Source: an uncultured Eubacteriales bacterium
GTDB taxonomy: Bacteria; Bacillota; Clostridia; Peptostreptococcales; Anaerovoracaceae
Length of the DNA stretch: 64,000 nt
Assembly (NCBI GenBank): GCA_963542695.1
Contig: CAUTYX010000009.1
Location: 3,124-67,123, forward strand
Direction: 5' to 3'
Part shown: piece after piece, positions 16,196 to 26,655 of the stretch
How positions within the stretch are numbered: position 1 is the first letter of the stretch
Layout of the letters: each line of letters starts with the position of its first letter
Position numbers and translations under genes: made by a program
The notes under the pieces: generated by a model
Told to the model about the DNA's origin: nothing
The model's input: only the letters and a program-made list of their open reading frames with translations
Database searches by the model: none

Positions 16196-16849
16196 ATGTT
16201 GATTAGAATTGCTATCGATGGACCCGGTGGTGCCGGAAAGAGTACCATCGCTAAAATGGTCGCAAAACAATTAAACCTGGATTATATCGATACAGGTGCA
16301 ATGTATCGTGCCATTGGATACAAAACTACCATAATGGATGTAGAACCAGTGGAAAGCGAGAAGCTTCTTGCTATGTTGAAGGCCACAAATGTAGCATGCC
16401 GGGGCGAGCAGGTGTTTCTTGATGGAAAAGACGTGAGCCTTGTGATTCGAACCCCGGAGATTGCTAAGGCAGCCAGCAAGATATCGGCTATCGCTGCTGT
16501 GAGACAAAAACTGGTTTCCCTGCAGCGTTCCATGGGACAGAATAAAAATGTAGTAATGGATGGTCGTGATATCGGTACCAATGTACTAAAAGACGCTGAA
16601 GTGAAAATTTTCCTTACAGCTTCTCCACAAGAACGGGCCAGAAGAAGGTATCAGCAGCTACTGGAAAAGGGGCAAAAGGCAGATCTTCAGAAGGTGCTTG
16701 CGGATATCAATCACCGTGACCATGAAGATATGACAAGAGAAATCGATCCTCTTTGCAAGGCGGAGGATGCAATAGAACTGGACACGACAGATATGTCCAT
16801 TGAAGAAGTTGTGAATACAATCGTAAAGGAGGCTGAAAAATGGCTGTAG
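16196..16849 (+). CDS. cmk: Cytidylate kinase
   Basis: IAIDGPGGAGKSTIAKMVAKQLNLDYIDTGAMYRA; DGRDIGT. Confidence 0.95.
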   Translation: MLIRIAIDGPGGAGKSTIAKMVAKQLNLDYIDTGAMYRAIGYKTTIMDVEPVESEKLLAMLKATNVACRGEQVFLDGKDVSLVIRTPEIAKAASKISAIAAVRQKLVSLQRSMGQNKNVVMDGRDIGTNVLKDAEVKIFLTASPQERARRRYQQLLEKGQKADLQKVLADINHRDHEDMTREIDPLCKAEDAIELDTTDMSIEEVVNTIVKEAEKWL

Positions 16850-18084
16850 TCAGACCTTTTAAGGCAATTAGACCGGATCGGAAATTGGCGGAGAAAGTGT
16901 GCTCCTTGCCCTATGATGTTATGAATCGTCAGGAAGCTGCGGCTATGGCAGAAGGAAATCCCTACAGCTTCCTTCATATTTGCCGTGCAGAAATTGATTT
17001 AGACGACCAAATCAGCGATTACGATGACAAGGTATATGAGAAGGCGGCATCCAACATCGACCGGTTTATTTCCCAGGGAATTCTCATGGAAGAAGCCAAA
17101 CCGATGCTGTATATTTATCGCCAGACTATGAACGGAAATACCCAGACAGGAATTGTAGGGTGTGTTTCTGTAGATGATTATCAAAATAATGTCATTAAAA
17201 AGCATGAACTGACGAGAGTAGAGAAGGAACAGGATCGCATTCGCCACTTTGATGTGTGCAACTGCAACACGGAACCTATTTTTCTTACCTATCGTGATCA
17301 TGCCAAAATCAACGCTTTGGTAGACGGTATTGTGTCAAATAACCGGCCGGAATACGACTTTGTGGGAAAAGACGGTGTCAAACATCAGTTGTGGCCGGTG
17401 CAGGATAACAATGTGATTTCCGGTCTGACGGCGCTGTTTGGAACGATTCCTGCTTTGTATATAGCCGATGGACACCATCGTAGTGCCAGCGCTTGCCGGG
17501 TAGGTCTGAAACGGCGTGAAGAAAAGCCGGAGTACACAGGGGAAGAAGAATTTAACTATTTTATGGCTGTCATTTTCTCTGATAGCGAATTGCGGGTTTT
17601 TGACTACAATCGGGTAGTTAAAGATACAGCAGGAAATACTCCCAAGGAGCTTTTTGAAAAAATCACAAATGCCGGTTTTACAGTAGAAAAAATCGGCAAA
17701 GAAGCCTATCGTCCCGAAGCCAAAGGAAACTTTGGAATGTACTTGGAAGGGAATTGGTACAAACTGACAGCAAAAGAAGAGATTATTCCCGATGATATTA
17801 TCGGTGCCTTGGATGTGTCGGTGTTGCAAGAAAATTTGCTGGGACCTATTTTAAATATTAAAGATCCAAGAACCGACGATCGTATTGATTTTGTTGGCGG
17901 TATTAGAGGATTAGAAGAGCTGGAACGCCGGGCCGAGTCAGATATGAAAATTGCATTTTCTGTTCATCCGGTGGAAATCTCCGACTTAATGGATGTTGCT
18001 GATAACGGTAAGGTGATGCCGCCTAAATCTACCTGGTTTGAGCCAAAACTGGGAAGCGGACTGTTTATGCACCGGTTAGGATAA
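16840..18084 (+). CDS. DUF1015-family protein
   Basis: The N-terminus VRPFKAIRP...SLPYDVM...NPYSFLHI and ADGHHR are typical of DUF1015 (COG4198). It overlaps the cmk stop by 10 nt. Confidence 0.85.
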   Translation: MAVVRPFKAIRPDRKLAEKVCSLPYDVMNRQEAAAMAEGNPYSFLHICRAEIDLDDQISDYDDKVYEKAASNIDRFISQGILMEEAKPMLYIYRQTMNGNTQTGIVGCVSVDDYQNNVIKKHELTRVEKEQDRIRHFDVCNCNTEPIFLTYRDHAKINALVDGIVSNNRPEYDFVGKDGVKHQLWPVQDNNVISGLTALFGTIPALYIADGHHRSASACRVGLKRREEKPEYTGEEEFNYFMAVIFSDSELRVFDYNRVVKDTAGNTPKELFEKITNAGFTVEKIGKEAYRPEAKGNFGMYLEGNWYKLTAKEEIIPDDIIGALDVSVLQENLLGPILNIKDPRTDDRIDFVGGIRGLEELERRAESDMKIAFSVHPVEISDLMDVADNGKVMPPKSTWFEPKLGSGLFMHRLG

Positions 18085-18225
18085 TGACTAATAAAAAGGG
18101 AATGTGAAAAAATCATCGTTTTCATTGTATACCATGGTAAATGATGATAAAATATACGTTGACTTTTTAGGAGTCGTGATCATGCACGGACCGGCCTTGA
18201 TGCCGAAAGGCAGATAGGAGGAGCC

Positions 18226-18903
18226 ATGGTCATTAGAGAATTACCGGAATACGAAAGGCCCAGAGAAAAGATGTGCCGAGAAGGCAGCCGGGCGCTGTCC
18301 AACGGTGAATTAATCGCATTGCTGTTGTCCTCGGGGACACGAAACAAAACGGCCGTGCAACTGGCAGAAGAAATTTTGGCGTTGGATCCCGGTGGGATTG
18401 TGTATCTTACCGAGTGTTCCTTAGAGGAATTGCTTTCCATTGACGGAGTAGGGAGAGCCAAAGCTTGCCAACTCCTTGCCGCAGTAGAGTTGGGGAGGCG
18501 TATCGCCACCAGCCCTCGCAGCACTCGTCAACGAGTAGCCAGCACAAAGGATGTAGCCAATATCTTTATGGAGAGAATGCGCTACTACAAGAAGGAGTTC
18601 TTCAATGTGTTGCTGATCAATGCCAAGGGGGATATTATCGGTGAAGAAACCGTTACCATTGGTGATATTTCTTCCAGTATTGTTCACCCGCGAGAATCTT
18701 TCGCATCTGCTATTAAACGAGGGGCTGCCGCAGTGATTTTTGTACACAATCATCCCAGTGGAGATCCGGAACCCAGCAAAGAAGACATTGCTGTTACAAA
18801 GCGCCTTTGCAGAGCCGGGGAAATCTTAGGAATTCGCGTACTGGATCATGTGATTATCGGAGACGATAAGTATCGCAGTTTTAAAGAAAGTGAATTAATA
18901 TAA
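18226..18903 (+). CDS. radC: RadC-family JAB/MPN-domain protein (UPF0758)
   Basis: IRELPEYERPREKM...LSNGELIALLL..G; JAMM motif HNHPSGDPEPSKED. Confidence 0.9.
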   Translation: MVIRELPEYERPREKMCREGSRALSNGELIALLLSSGTRNKTAVQLAEEILALDPGGIVYLTECSLEELLSIDGVGRAKACQLLAAVELGRRIATSPRSTRQRVASTKDVANIFMERMRYYKKEFFNVLLINAKGDIIGEETVTIGDISSSIVHPRESFASAIKRGAAAVIFVHNHPSGDPEPSKEDIAVTKRLCRAGEILGIRVLDHVIIGDDKYRSFKESELI

Positions 18904-18918
18904 ACAGGAGGATATACT

Positions 18919-19956
18919 GTGTTTGGTTTTTCAGCAAAAGAAATGGGAATTGACCTGGGAACTGCCAATACCCTTATTTATATCAAGGACAAAGGCATGG
19001 TTCTTAACGAAGCATCCTGCATTGCCTATGACAAGAGAAATGCAGAGGTCATTGCCACCGGGGCAAAAGCAAAGGCAATGTACGGCAAAGCCCCTAAGGA
19101 TATTGTCGTAGTAAAACCCTTGCAAGACGGTGTTATTTCCGATTTTGATATGGCAGCAGAAATGTTACAGCGCTTTATCAGAACCGCAATGGGAGAAAAA
19201 AAGCCTTCCGGAATGCGCATCGTTATCGGCGTCCCAAGTGGCGTTACAGAAGTTGAAAAACTGGCAGTAGAAGAAGTGATTGGTTTAATGGGGGCCAAGG
19301 AAGTATACATTTTGGACGAACCGACAGCGGCGGCCATTGGAGCCGACCTTGACATTGACAGTTCCGATGCATGCATGATTGTTGACATTGGCGGAGGAAC
19401 ATCTGATGTGGCAATTTTGTCTCTTGGCGGGATTGTTGTAAGCACCTCTTTACGGTATGCCGGTGATAAGATGAATGAGGCGATCATTCAATACGTTCGT
19501 AAGAAAAAAGGTGTTCTTATTGGCGATAAGACAGCCGAGGAACTAAAGATCAAAGTTGGCAGTGCGATGATTGAAACAGGTGCTGACGGCAAAGAAATAA
19601 TCAAAACCATGGATGCCAGAGGTCGCGACCTGATTTCCGGCTTGCCAAAAACATTCCGTGTTAACAGTAAGGATATGGAATCTGCTCTTCATGAATCCAT
19701 GGAGATGATTGTGGATGCTGTTAAGACCACGGTAGAAAAGGCGCCTCCGGAAATTGCTGCAGATATTGCAGAGAGAGGGCTGATTTTAACAGGTGGCGGC
19801 AGTATGATTGAGAATCTGGACAAACTAATTGCCCAGAGAACCGGCATGGCAGTAGCACTGGCTCCAAATCCATACGAAGCAGTTGCTTTGGGAGCAGGTA
19901 GAAGCCTTGAAAATATCGAGCGTCTGCGTGTGTATGCTAGTGATAAGAAGAGATAG
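18919..19956 (+). CDS. mreB: Rod-shape-determining protein MreB
   Basis: MGIDLGTANTLIY, DEPTAAAIGA, VDIGGGTSDVA. GTG start follows AGGAGG. Confidence 0.95.
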   Translation: MFGFSAKEMGIDLGTANTLIYIKDKGMVLNEASCIAYDKRNAEVIATGAKAKAMYGKAPKDIVVVKPLQDGVISDFDMAAEMLQRFIRTAMGEKKPSGMRIVIGVPSGVTEVEKLAVEEVIGLMGAKEVYILDEPTAAAIGADLDIDSSDACMIVDIGGGTSDVAILSLGGIVVSTSLRYAGDKMNEAIIQYVRKKKGVLIGDKTAEELKIKVGSAMIETGADGKEIIKTMDARGRDLISGLPKTFRVNSKDMESALHESMEMIVDAVKTTVEKAPPEIAADIAERGLILTGGGSMIENLDKLIAQRTGMAVALAPNPYEAVALGAGRSLENIERLRVYASDKKR

Positions 19957-19976
19957 GAACGTAGGTTGGCATCTTT

Positions 19977-20804
19977 ATGAAAAAATGGTTGGCGGAACAT
20001 AGACTATTTACAATACTCTCCAGTATCATCCTTGCTTTGTTGCTGATTATCATTATTTCCTTTGTGACAGCCGGTGGCAGTACCGTCATCGGACGTGGCA
20101 TCCAGTCAGGAGTATCCTATATCCAACGTCCCCTGTCAGGATTCACTAACACGGTGAAACAGGAGCTAGGCGGTATCTTTAAGTATCGTCAAATTCAGAA
20201 AGAAAATAAAAAGCTGAAAGAAGAACTGGAAAAACTGGAGAAAGAAAATCGCCAGCTGCAAATTGCGGGAAACGAATTAAAGGAACTTCGTTCTCTGTCA
20301 AAATCTTTTGACTTCCGACCTTTTTCCGGTAATGGAAAAGCTGTTGCGGCACGTGTTATCTCCATTGATAACTCCAATCCATACGTGGTATTTACGGTGG
20401 ATGCCGGTACGGAAAAGAACATAAAAAAAGATGATATTGTAGTAGATGGCAACGGTCTCATTGGTCGTGTTCAGGAAGCGGGAAAAGGATACAGTAAGAT
20501 TGTATCTATTATCTCCAACAAAAACAGTATCAGCTTTTCCGCCCAGCGAAAGTCGTCCACTACAGGTGTTTTAAAAGGCGATGGTCACGGAAAGCTGACC
20601 GGGTATGTGATGAATCAGAACATGTCTATTCTAAAAGGAGACAAGCTGATTACTTCCGGTATTGGCATTTACCCACAAGGGATTTTAATCGGTACAGTCA
20701 AAACCATTGATTACGATGAAGATAGACAGTTAAAAGTCGTAACGGTAGAGCCTACGGTTAACTTTAGTGCACTGCAAAAGGTGGCGATTTATTATGAGTA
20801 TTAA
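19977..20804 (+). CDS. mreC: Rod-shape-determining protein MreC
   Basis: N-terminal TM, a coiled coil (ENKKLKEELEKLEKENRQLQ), a beta-rich C-domain, and the position after mreB. Confidence 0.9.
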   Translation: MKKWLAEHRLFTILSSIILALLLIIIISFVTAGGSTVIGRGIQSGVSYIQRPLSGFTNTVKQELGGIFKYRQIQKENKKLKEELEKLEKENRQLQIAGNELKELRSLSKSFDFRPFSGNGKAVAARVISIDNSNPYVVFTVDAGTEKNIKKDDIVVDGNGLIGRVQEAGKGYSKIVSIISNKNSISFSAQRKSSTTGVLKGDGHGKLTGYVMNQNMSILKGDKLITSGIGIYPQGILIGTVKTIDYDEDRQLKVVTVEPTVNFSALQKVAIYYEY

Positions 20805-21315
20805 GAAGGTCACCATTCTGTATGTGCTGGCATTCTTGTTACAGCTGTCAGTAATCAATTTGTTTTCTATTGGCGGCATTGCTCCCAACTTGATATTTTG
20901 TTTGACTGTTTTTATTTGTTTTCGTTTTAGCCTTGGGTATCGCTGTGTTCCCTTTGCCCTGGTGGCCAGCTTGCTGCTAGACACATGTGCCGGCAACTAC
21001 GTTGGACTTTCGGCTTTGGCTCTGTTTTTAACATGTATTTTTGTTATCTGGGTTAAATATTACATGAACACAGATTTACTAAAAACCTTACTGGCAACCG
21101 GTGCAGTAGCCACCATTGTATATGGGCTCCTCTACTGGATTATGGTTGCCATTATGAAGTTTGAATACAGTTTGGTGTACGTATTGCAACATCAGATTTT
21201 CTATATCGTATATAATCTGATTGTTATGAGCATCCTCTGGTTGTTTTACAGCAATGTATATGCACGGTGGAAGCTACGTGGAGGGGCACCGGATAAGGAA
21301 GAAGACAGTATATGA
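20794..21315 (+). CDS. mreD: Rod-shape-determining protein MreD
   Basis: Polytopic small membrane protein after mreC. The likely start is ATG 20794 (MSIKKVTILY); the ORF track begins at 20767. Confidence 0.8.
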   Translation: MSIKKVTILYVLAFLLQLSVINLFSIGGIAPNLIFCLTVFICFRFSLGYRCVPFALVASLLLDTCAGNYVGLSALALFLTCIFVIWVKYYMNTDLLKTLLATGAVATIVYGLLYWIMVAIMKFEYSLVYVLQHQIFYIVYNLIVMSILWLFYSNVYARWKLRGGAPDKEEDSI

Positions 21316-24122
21316 AAGAGCTTTTCAAAAATGTGTTTTCAACTAGATACAGACAGCTGCTAGGGGTATTTTTTGTTCTGGCAGCGATTTTGGTTATTCG
21401 ACTATTGGTTCTTACGGTATTCCAGTACGATACTTGGTCCAAGTCTGCCAAAAATATTTCTACCAAGACTGTCTATACCACTGCGCCACGTGGCAATATC
21501 TATGACAGAAACGGACAACTTTTAGTAGGAAACAAACAGTCCTTTACTGTGAAAATTTCTGCCGATGATCAAAGTAGCCAGCAGCTAAACAAAACCATCA
21601 TTAATTTAATTCATGTGCTGAACAAAAACCATGACAAAGTAGAAGACGAATTCCCCATTAAGATTAGTGACGGAAAATATTATTATACGTACGATAACCA
21701 AGTATCCAAATGGCTTCGCAAAAACAACTTAAATCCAAATTTAACGGCGGAGGAGGCTTTCAATGCTTTGCGCCAGAAATTAGGCGTGGACAGCTCCTTA
21801 TCAAGATACGATGCCCAGTTGGAAATGCAGCAAACCTACAGTACGTATCCGCCAATTTCAGTGGACACTATGCAGTACACTGCCGATGAAGAAAAAAACA
21901 ACTTTCTAACGCAATATTTTCCAAACCTAAGTGAAAAGGAAAGAGATAAACTGTCTCCCAAAGAAGCCTTTAAAGGCATTCGCAAACACATGGAAATCAA
22001 GAGTTCTGTTTCCGATAATACAGCCAGAAAGATTATGGCTGTCCGGTATAGTTTAGATGCTCTTGGATATAATAAATATTTATCTGCCGTAGTATCTAAA
22101 AATGTATCAGAGGATACCGTTATGCTTATTGAAGAGGGCTCTGATGACCTGAAGGGGGTACAGGTAGTTTCAGAATCTACACGGTACTACCCTAACAACA
22201 ATACCGCTTCTCATGTAATTGGTTATATTGGAGAAATTTCCGATGATAAGAAAGAAGCTTACGGGGAAAAGGGATATGCCAACGATGAGCTTATTGGGCA
22301 ATATGGTATCGAACAAAAATACGAGTCAACTTTAAAAGGGCAAAACGGAAGTAAGACAGTACAGGTAAATGCCAGTGGTGAAACCGAAAAAGTACTAGGA
22401 AAGACCCAGCCAAAGAAAGGAAAAGATGTATATCTAACCTTGGATTTGGATTTGCAAAAATCTGCTGAGGAAGGTTTGTCAAAGACTATCAATGCCATGC
22501 GCTACGGTGGTGGTGTGGGCAGTAAATACGGAGCTTCTCCTATAGCAGAAGCAGCACCAAAGGCCAAGAGTGGTTCTGTTGTTGCCATTGATGTAAAAAC
22601 CGGAGATGTGTTGGCATTGGCCAATTACCCGGACTTTAACCCGAATCTTTTTGCAGAGGGCATCAGCTCCTCCAACTGGGAAAAACTCCAAAGTGATAAC
22701 CCTAGAGACCCGCTCTCAGCGGCACCATTATATAATATGGCAACCATGAGTACGGTGCAGCCCGGTTCTATTTTCAAACCGGTTACGGCAACGGCCGGAT
22801 TGGAATGTGGATTGAATCCCGATGAGTATAGAACCGATGCTGGTGCCATTAAACTAGGTGGTCGTACTTTTGCCTGTGTATCTTGGAACTTGTCTCATGG
22901 TCGGAAAACTCATGGGTCACTAAATATGTATCGTGCCATTGGTGTTTCCTGTAACTACTATTTTTACGATGTGGCAACCAATAAAGACTGGGCCAGCGGC
23001 GGTACTATGGGTTACAAAAAGCAGATTACACACAGGACCATTACCGATTATGCAAAACAGTATGGCTTGGGGAAACCTACCGGCATTGAGCTGGATGAAG
23101 CCGTAGTGCCGGTACCATCGGAAAAGAAAAAAATTAAATCACAAAAGGTGCAGCTGCAGTATGAACTGGAAGCTGCTGCCGAAGAATATTTTAAAAAAGA
23201 CGTAGTGGCAAACAATACGTTGCTGAAGCAAAATATTCACCAAATTGTTTCCTTGCTGGATAAAAAAAATTTAGACTGGGATACATTGCACGACCAGTTG
23301 CTGCCTAAATATGGAATCAAAGAAGGGAAACTACAGAAGGTAGGAGAGACGGTTCTTTATACATACTACCCACAAGCCAAGTGGACCACAGGAGATACCT
23401 TTAACTTGTGTATCGGTCAAGGGGATAACTCCTATACGCCCTTGCAAATGGCCAACTACATTGCCACTTTGGCAGACAAAGGCAAACATAACCAGGTTAG
23501 CATTGTAAAAGGTGTCGAAGGTAAGGGATTAACGAAAAAGAAAAAGCCGTCACAAGTAAAGGTGTCTGATAAAAAATATTTTGGACAGATTATTCAAGGT
23601 ATGCAGTATGTAGCAGATAATCAGGAAAGTACTGTATCCAAGGTGTTTAGAAGCTTGCATGTGAAAATTGCTGCCAAGACAGGTACTGCTCAGCGTGCCG
23701 GCAAAATCAATCCAAAGTCAGAAGTTGTCTATATCCGGGAACATTTGTCAGGCATTGCCCCAAATCTTTCTTGGTCCCAGGTTCGAAAAGAAATGAAGCG
23801 ACTAATGGAAAAATATCCAAACACCTATACCAGTGAAGACATTGCTGTTCGCAGGGCGGTAATCAGCCTTAGCAAAGGGAAGGTAGACACTGAAGATTTG
23901 GATCAATACAAAAGCGATTACGATAACTTTGCATGGGTAGTTGCTATGGCACCGGTGGATGATCCACAGATTGCTGTTTGTGCAATGATCCCACAAGGGT
24001 CTACAGCTGCCAATGCAGCTCCTATTGTAAAGGAAGTTATTGGAAAATATTTTGATACCACCAAAAAGTACAGCCAGTACAATAATAATTCCGGTGTAGA
24101 AAACACCACCAATTCTAACTAA
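21312..24122 (+). CDS. mrdA: Class B penicillin-binding protein (PBP2/MrdA-like), unusually long at 936 aa
   Basis: N-terminal TM. Transpeptidase motifs are SxxK (GSIFKP), SxN (SCNYYF) and KTG (AAKTGTAQ). It overlaps the mreD stop. Confidence 0.9.
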   Translation: MKELFKNVFSTRYRQLLGVFFVLAAILVIRLLVLTVFQYDTWSKSAKNISTKTVYTTAPRGNIYDRNGQLLVGNKQSFTVKISADDQSSQQLNKTIINLIHVLNKNHDKVEDEFPIKISDGKYYYTYDNQVSKWLRKNNLNPNLTAEEAFNALRQKLGVDSSLSRYDAQLEMQQTYSTYPPISVDTMQYTADEEKNNFLTQYFPNLSEKERDKLSPKEAFKGIRKHMEIKSSVSDNTARKIMAVRYSLDALGYNKYLSAVVSKNVSEDTVMLIEEGSDDLKGVQVVSESTRYYPNNNTASHVIGYIGEISDDKKEAYGEKGYANDELIGQYGIEQKYESTLKGQNGSKTVQVNASGETEKVLGKTQPKKGKDVYLTLDLDLQKSAEEGLSKTINAMRYGGGVGSKYGASPIAEAAPKAKSGSVVAIDVKTGDVLALANYPDFNPNLFAEGISSSNWEKLQSDNPRDPLSAAPLYNMATMSTVQPGSIFKPVTATAGLECGLNPDEYRTDAGAIKLGGRTFACVSWNLSHGRKTHGSLNMYRAIGVSCNYYFYDVATNKDWASGGTMGYKKQITHRTITDYAKQYGLGKPTGIELDEAVVPVPSEKKKIKSQKVQLQYELEAAAEEYFKKDVVANNTLLKQNIHQIVSLLDKKNLDWDTLHDQLLPKYGIKEGKLQKVGETVLYTYYPQAKWTTGDTFNLCIGQGDNSYTPLQMANYIATLADKGKHNQVSIVKGVEGKGLTKKKKPSQVKVSDKKYFGQIIQGMQYVADNQESTVSKVFRSLHVKIAAKTGTAQRAGKINPKSEVVYIREHLSGIAPNLSWSQVRKEMKRLMEKYPNTYTSEDIAVRRAVISLSKGKVDTEDLDQYKSDYDNFAWVVAMAPVDDPQIAVCAMIPQGSTAANAAPIVKEVIGKYFDTTKKYSQYNNNSGVENTTNSN

Positions 24123-24151
24123 TGGTGTCGATTGGGAGAGGTAGCGAGAAA

Positions 24152-24877
24152 ATGGGAAAAGTGTACGCAATCACCTCCGGCAAGGGAGGTACCGGCAAGA
24201 CCATGTTTGCCGTCAATATGGCAGCAATGCTGGCTATGCGCGGCTATAGCGTTGTTTTGCTTGATATGGATATGGGTCTTCGTAATATTGATCTATATTT
24301 AGGGCTGGAAAACAGGGTTGTTTACAATTTGATGGATGTTATGTCCGGGGTGTGCCGCATTCGCCAGGCACTGATTAAAGATCGTCGTTTTGGAGAAAAT
24401 CTGCAGGTTATTTCCGCATCTCCCGGCCGAGATACAAGAGATATTACGCCTATGCATATGGAGATACTCTGTGAAAAATTAAAGAGTAAATTCGACTTTG
24501 TAATTATCGATGCCCCGGCAGGATTGGGAGATGGATTAACCTTAGCCGTAGCTGCGGCAGACAGTGCTGTGATTATCACCGAAGCCGAAGCGGCTTCTGT
24601 CAGAGATGCCGACACGGTAGATAGAGAATTACAAAAGATGGGTATTGAAGATAGAATTTGCATCGTCAACAAAGTCCATGGTGACCTTGTAACCATGGGA
24701 GTCATGCCGGGACTGTCTACGGTTTCTCGCGGTATGCGATTAAATATTGAAGGGGTTATTCAGGATGATGACAATATTTATCTGGCCTGCAATCGTGGTG
24801 TGCCCATCGTTATGAAAAAGGGAACATATATCGAAAAGAATTTCCAGAAAATCCTGGATCGGATACTAAACATTTAA
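24152..24877 (+). CDS. minD: Septum site-determining ATPase MinD
   Basis: Deviant Walker A SGKGGTGKT. MinD signature LDMDMGLRNIDLYLGLENRVVYNLMDV. ATG 24152; the ORF track begins at 24122. Confidence 0.85.
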   Translation: MGKVYAITSGKGGTGKTMFAVNMAAMLAMRGYSVVLLDMDMGLRNIDLYLGLENRVVYNLMDVMSGVCRIRQALIKDRRFGENLQVISASPGRDTRDITPMHMEILCEKLKSKFDFVIIDAPAGLGDGLTLAVAAADSAVIITEAEAASVRDADTVDRELQKMGIEDRICIVNKVHGDLVTMGVMPGLSTVSRGMRLNIEGVIQDDDNIYLACNRGVPIVMKKGTYIEKNFQKILDRILNI

Positions 24878-24897
24878 CAAACTCATTTCGGGAAGTC

Positions 24898-24932
24898 AAA
24901 AGAAGCTGCTTTTTCAAGCAACTTCTTTTTTT
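24898..24932. terminator. Bidirectional terminator between minD (+) and gpmI (-)
   Basis: Stem AAAGAAGCTGCT (24898-24909) / AGCAACTTCTTT (24917-24928, one mismatch), flanked by an A-run and a T-run. Confidence 0.6.
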
Positions 24933-24962
24933 ATGATGGATTTATGATGGATGTACTTACCA

Positions 24963-26510
24963 TCAATAAAGACTTTTTCGGCTTATTTTTTTTAAGAGAC
25001 TATGGCCGGTCATCTCTTCCGGAATAGGTAACCCCATAATGGTTAACAAGCTAGGGGCCAAATCGCAGAGTCTGCCGTCGTTCAGCAGGGGAGCAGCGTT
25101 CTTACTAATGTGTACCAGAGGAACCGGGTTTAGTGAGTGAGCCGTAACAATATTGCCTTCTTCGTCAAGCATCACATCGGCATTGCCATGGTCAGCTGTC
25201 AACAGAATTGTACCGTCTTTGGCCAACATAGCCTCTACAATGGAGGGAACACAGCCGTCTAAGGTTTCAATGGCTTTAATGGCCGCTTCCATTACACCGG
25301 TGTGCCCAACCATATCGGCATTGGCAAAGTTCAGGATAATTAAATCAAATTGGTCTTTTTCAATTTCTTTTAGGACGGCTTCGGTTACTTCCGGAGCACT
25401 CATTTCCGGCTGCATGTCATAGGTGGCTACTTTGGGGGAGGGAATTAAAATTCGCTCTTCTCCCGGATTTGGGTCTTCTACGCCGCCGTTAAAGAAAAAT
25501 GTTACGTGAGCATATTTTTCAGTTTCAGCAATGCGCAGCTGTCGGAGCCCCTGTGAAGAAACGTATTGTCCCAGGGTATTGGCATAACTTTCCGGTGGAT
25601 AAGCCAACAACACATTGGGTATTTCTGCATCATACTGGGTCATACATACGTATGTCAGGTTGGAAATGACCTTTTCTCTTTCAAAACCATCAAAAGAAGT
25701 GTCTACGAAGGCACGTGTAATTTCACGGGCTCTGTCCGGTCGGAAATTAAACATGATAATGGCATCGTTGTCATGAACCAGACCGTCCGGATTGACAACT
25801 GTCGGTAACAGGAATTCATCTGCCTGGTCTCTCTCATAAGAAGCGGCAATAGCAGCGGCTGCCGTAGCTTCCCGTTGACCTTTTCCGGAGGTCATGGCAG
25901 CATAGGCTTTTTCCAGACGTTCCCAGCGTTTATCACGATCCATGGCGTAGTACCGTCCGGAAATGGTAGCAATGGAGCCGGTGTTTTTTTCTTTCATATA
26001 GGCTTCCAGTTGATCCGTATAAACTTGGGCACAATTTGGAGGTACGTCACGACCGTCTAAAAAGCAATGAACAAAAACTTTTTCAATGTGGTTTTTTTTC
26101 GCTAAATCGATTAAAGCCAGCAGGTGGTCAATATGTGAATGCACGCCGCCGTCAGAAACCAGACCAAAGAAATGCAACGCCGAGTTGTTGTGCTTTACAT
26201 GGTCAACAGCCTTTTGAAAAGCCGGATTTGCAAAGAAGCTTCCATCTTCTACCGCCTTTGTAATTCTGGTTAAATCCTGGTATACGATACGGCCGGCACC
26301 GATATTCATATGGCCGACTTCTGAGTTTCCCATTTGTCCGTCAGGCAGTCCTACATCGAGACCACAGGCTTTAATGGTTGTATGGGGATAGCTTTGAAAA
26401 ATGCTATCCAGATGAGGTGTTTTAGCTAAAGAAATAGCATTTCCTTTGCCTGCCGGTGCAGAACCGAATCCGTCTAAAATCATTAACATGGTAGGTGAAC
26501 TACATTTCAT
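24963..26510 (-). CDS. gpmI: 2,3-bisphosphoglycerate-independent phosphoglycerate mutase
   Basis: LMILDGFG, GNSEVGHMNIGAGR, ADHGNAD. Confidence 0.95.
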   Translation of the reverse strand: MKCSSPTMLMILDGFGSAPAGKGNAISLAKTPHLDSIFQSYPHTTIKACGLDVGLPDGQMGNSEVGHMNIGAGRIVYQDLTRITKAVEDGSFFANPAFQKAVDHVKHNNSALHFFGLVSDGGVHSHIDHLLALIDLAKKNHIEKVFVHCFLDGRDVPPNCAQVYTDQLEAYMKEKNTGSIATISGRYYAMDRDKRWERLEKAYAAMTSGKGQREATAAAAIAASYERDQADEFLLPTVVNPDGLVHDNDAIIMFNFRPDRAREITRAFVDTSFDGFEREKVISNLTYVCMTQYDAEIPNVLLAYPPESYANTLGQYVSSQGLRQLRIAETEKYAHVTFFFNGGVEDPNPGEERILIPSPKVATYDMQPEMSAPEVTEAVLKEIEKDQFDLIILNFANADMVGHTGVMEAAIKAIETLDGCVPSIVEAMLAKDGTILLTADHGNADVMLDEEGNIVTAHSLNPVPLVHISKNAAPLLNDGRLCDLAPSLLTIMGLPIPEEMTGHSLLKKISRKSLY

Positions 26511-26655
26511 CGGGTATATCCTTTCATTCTTGATATTTGATGTATGTATACTAAAGTTATTATATCACAGACGTGATATAATGAATCACAGAGTCAAACT
26601 TTTGAAAGACAATTCCGCTAGACAAACGACTAAAGGAAACGGTAGGAGATACACT

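Noticed and set aside
18182-18217. An 11-codon mini-ORF (MHGPALMPKGR) just upstream of radC as a leader peptide.
   Set aside because: There is no convincing RBS, no regulatory codon run, and no alternative-hairpin architecture.
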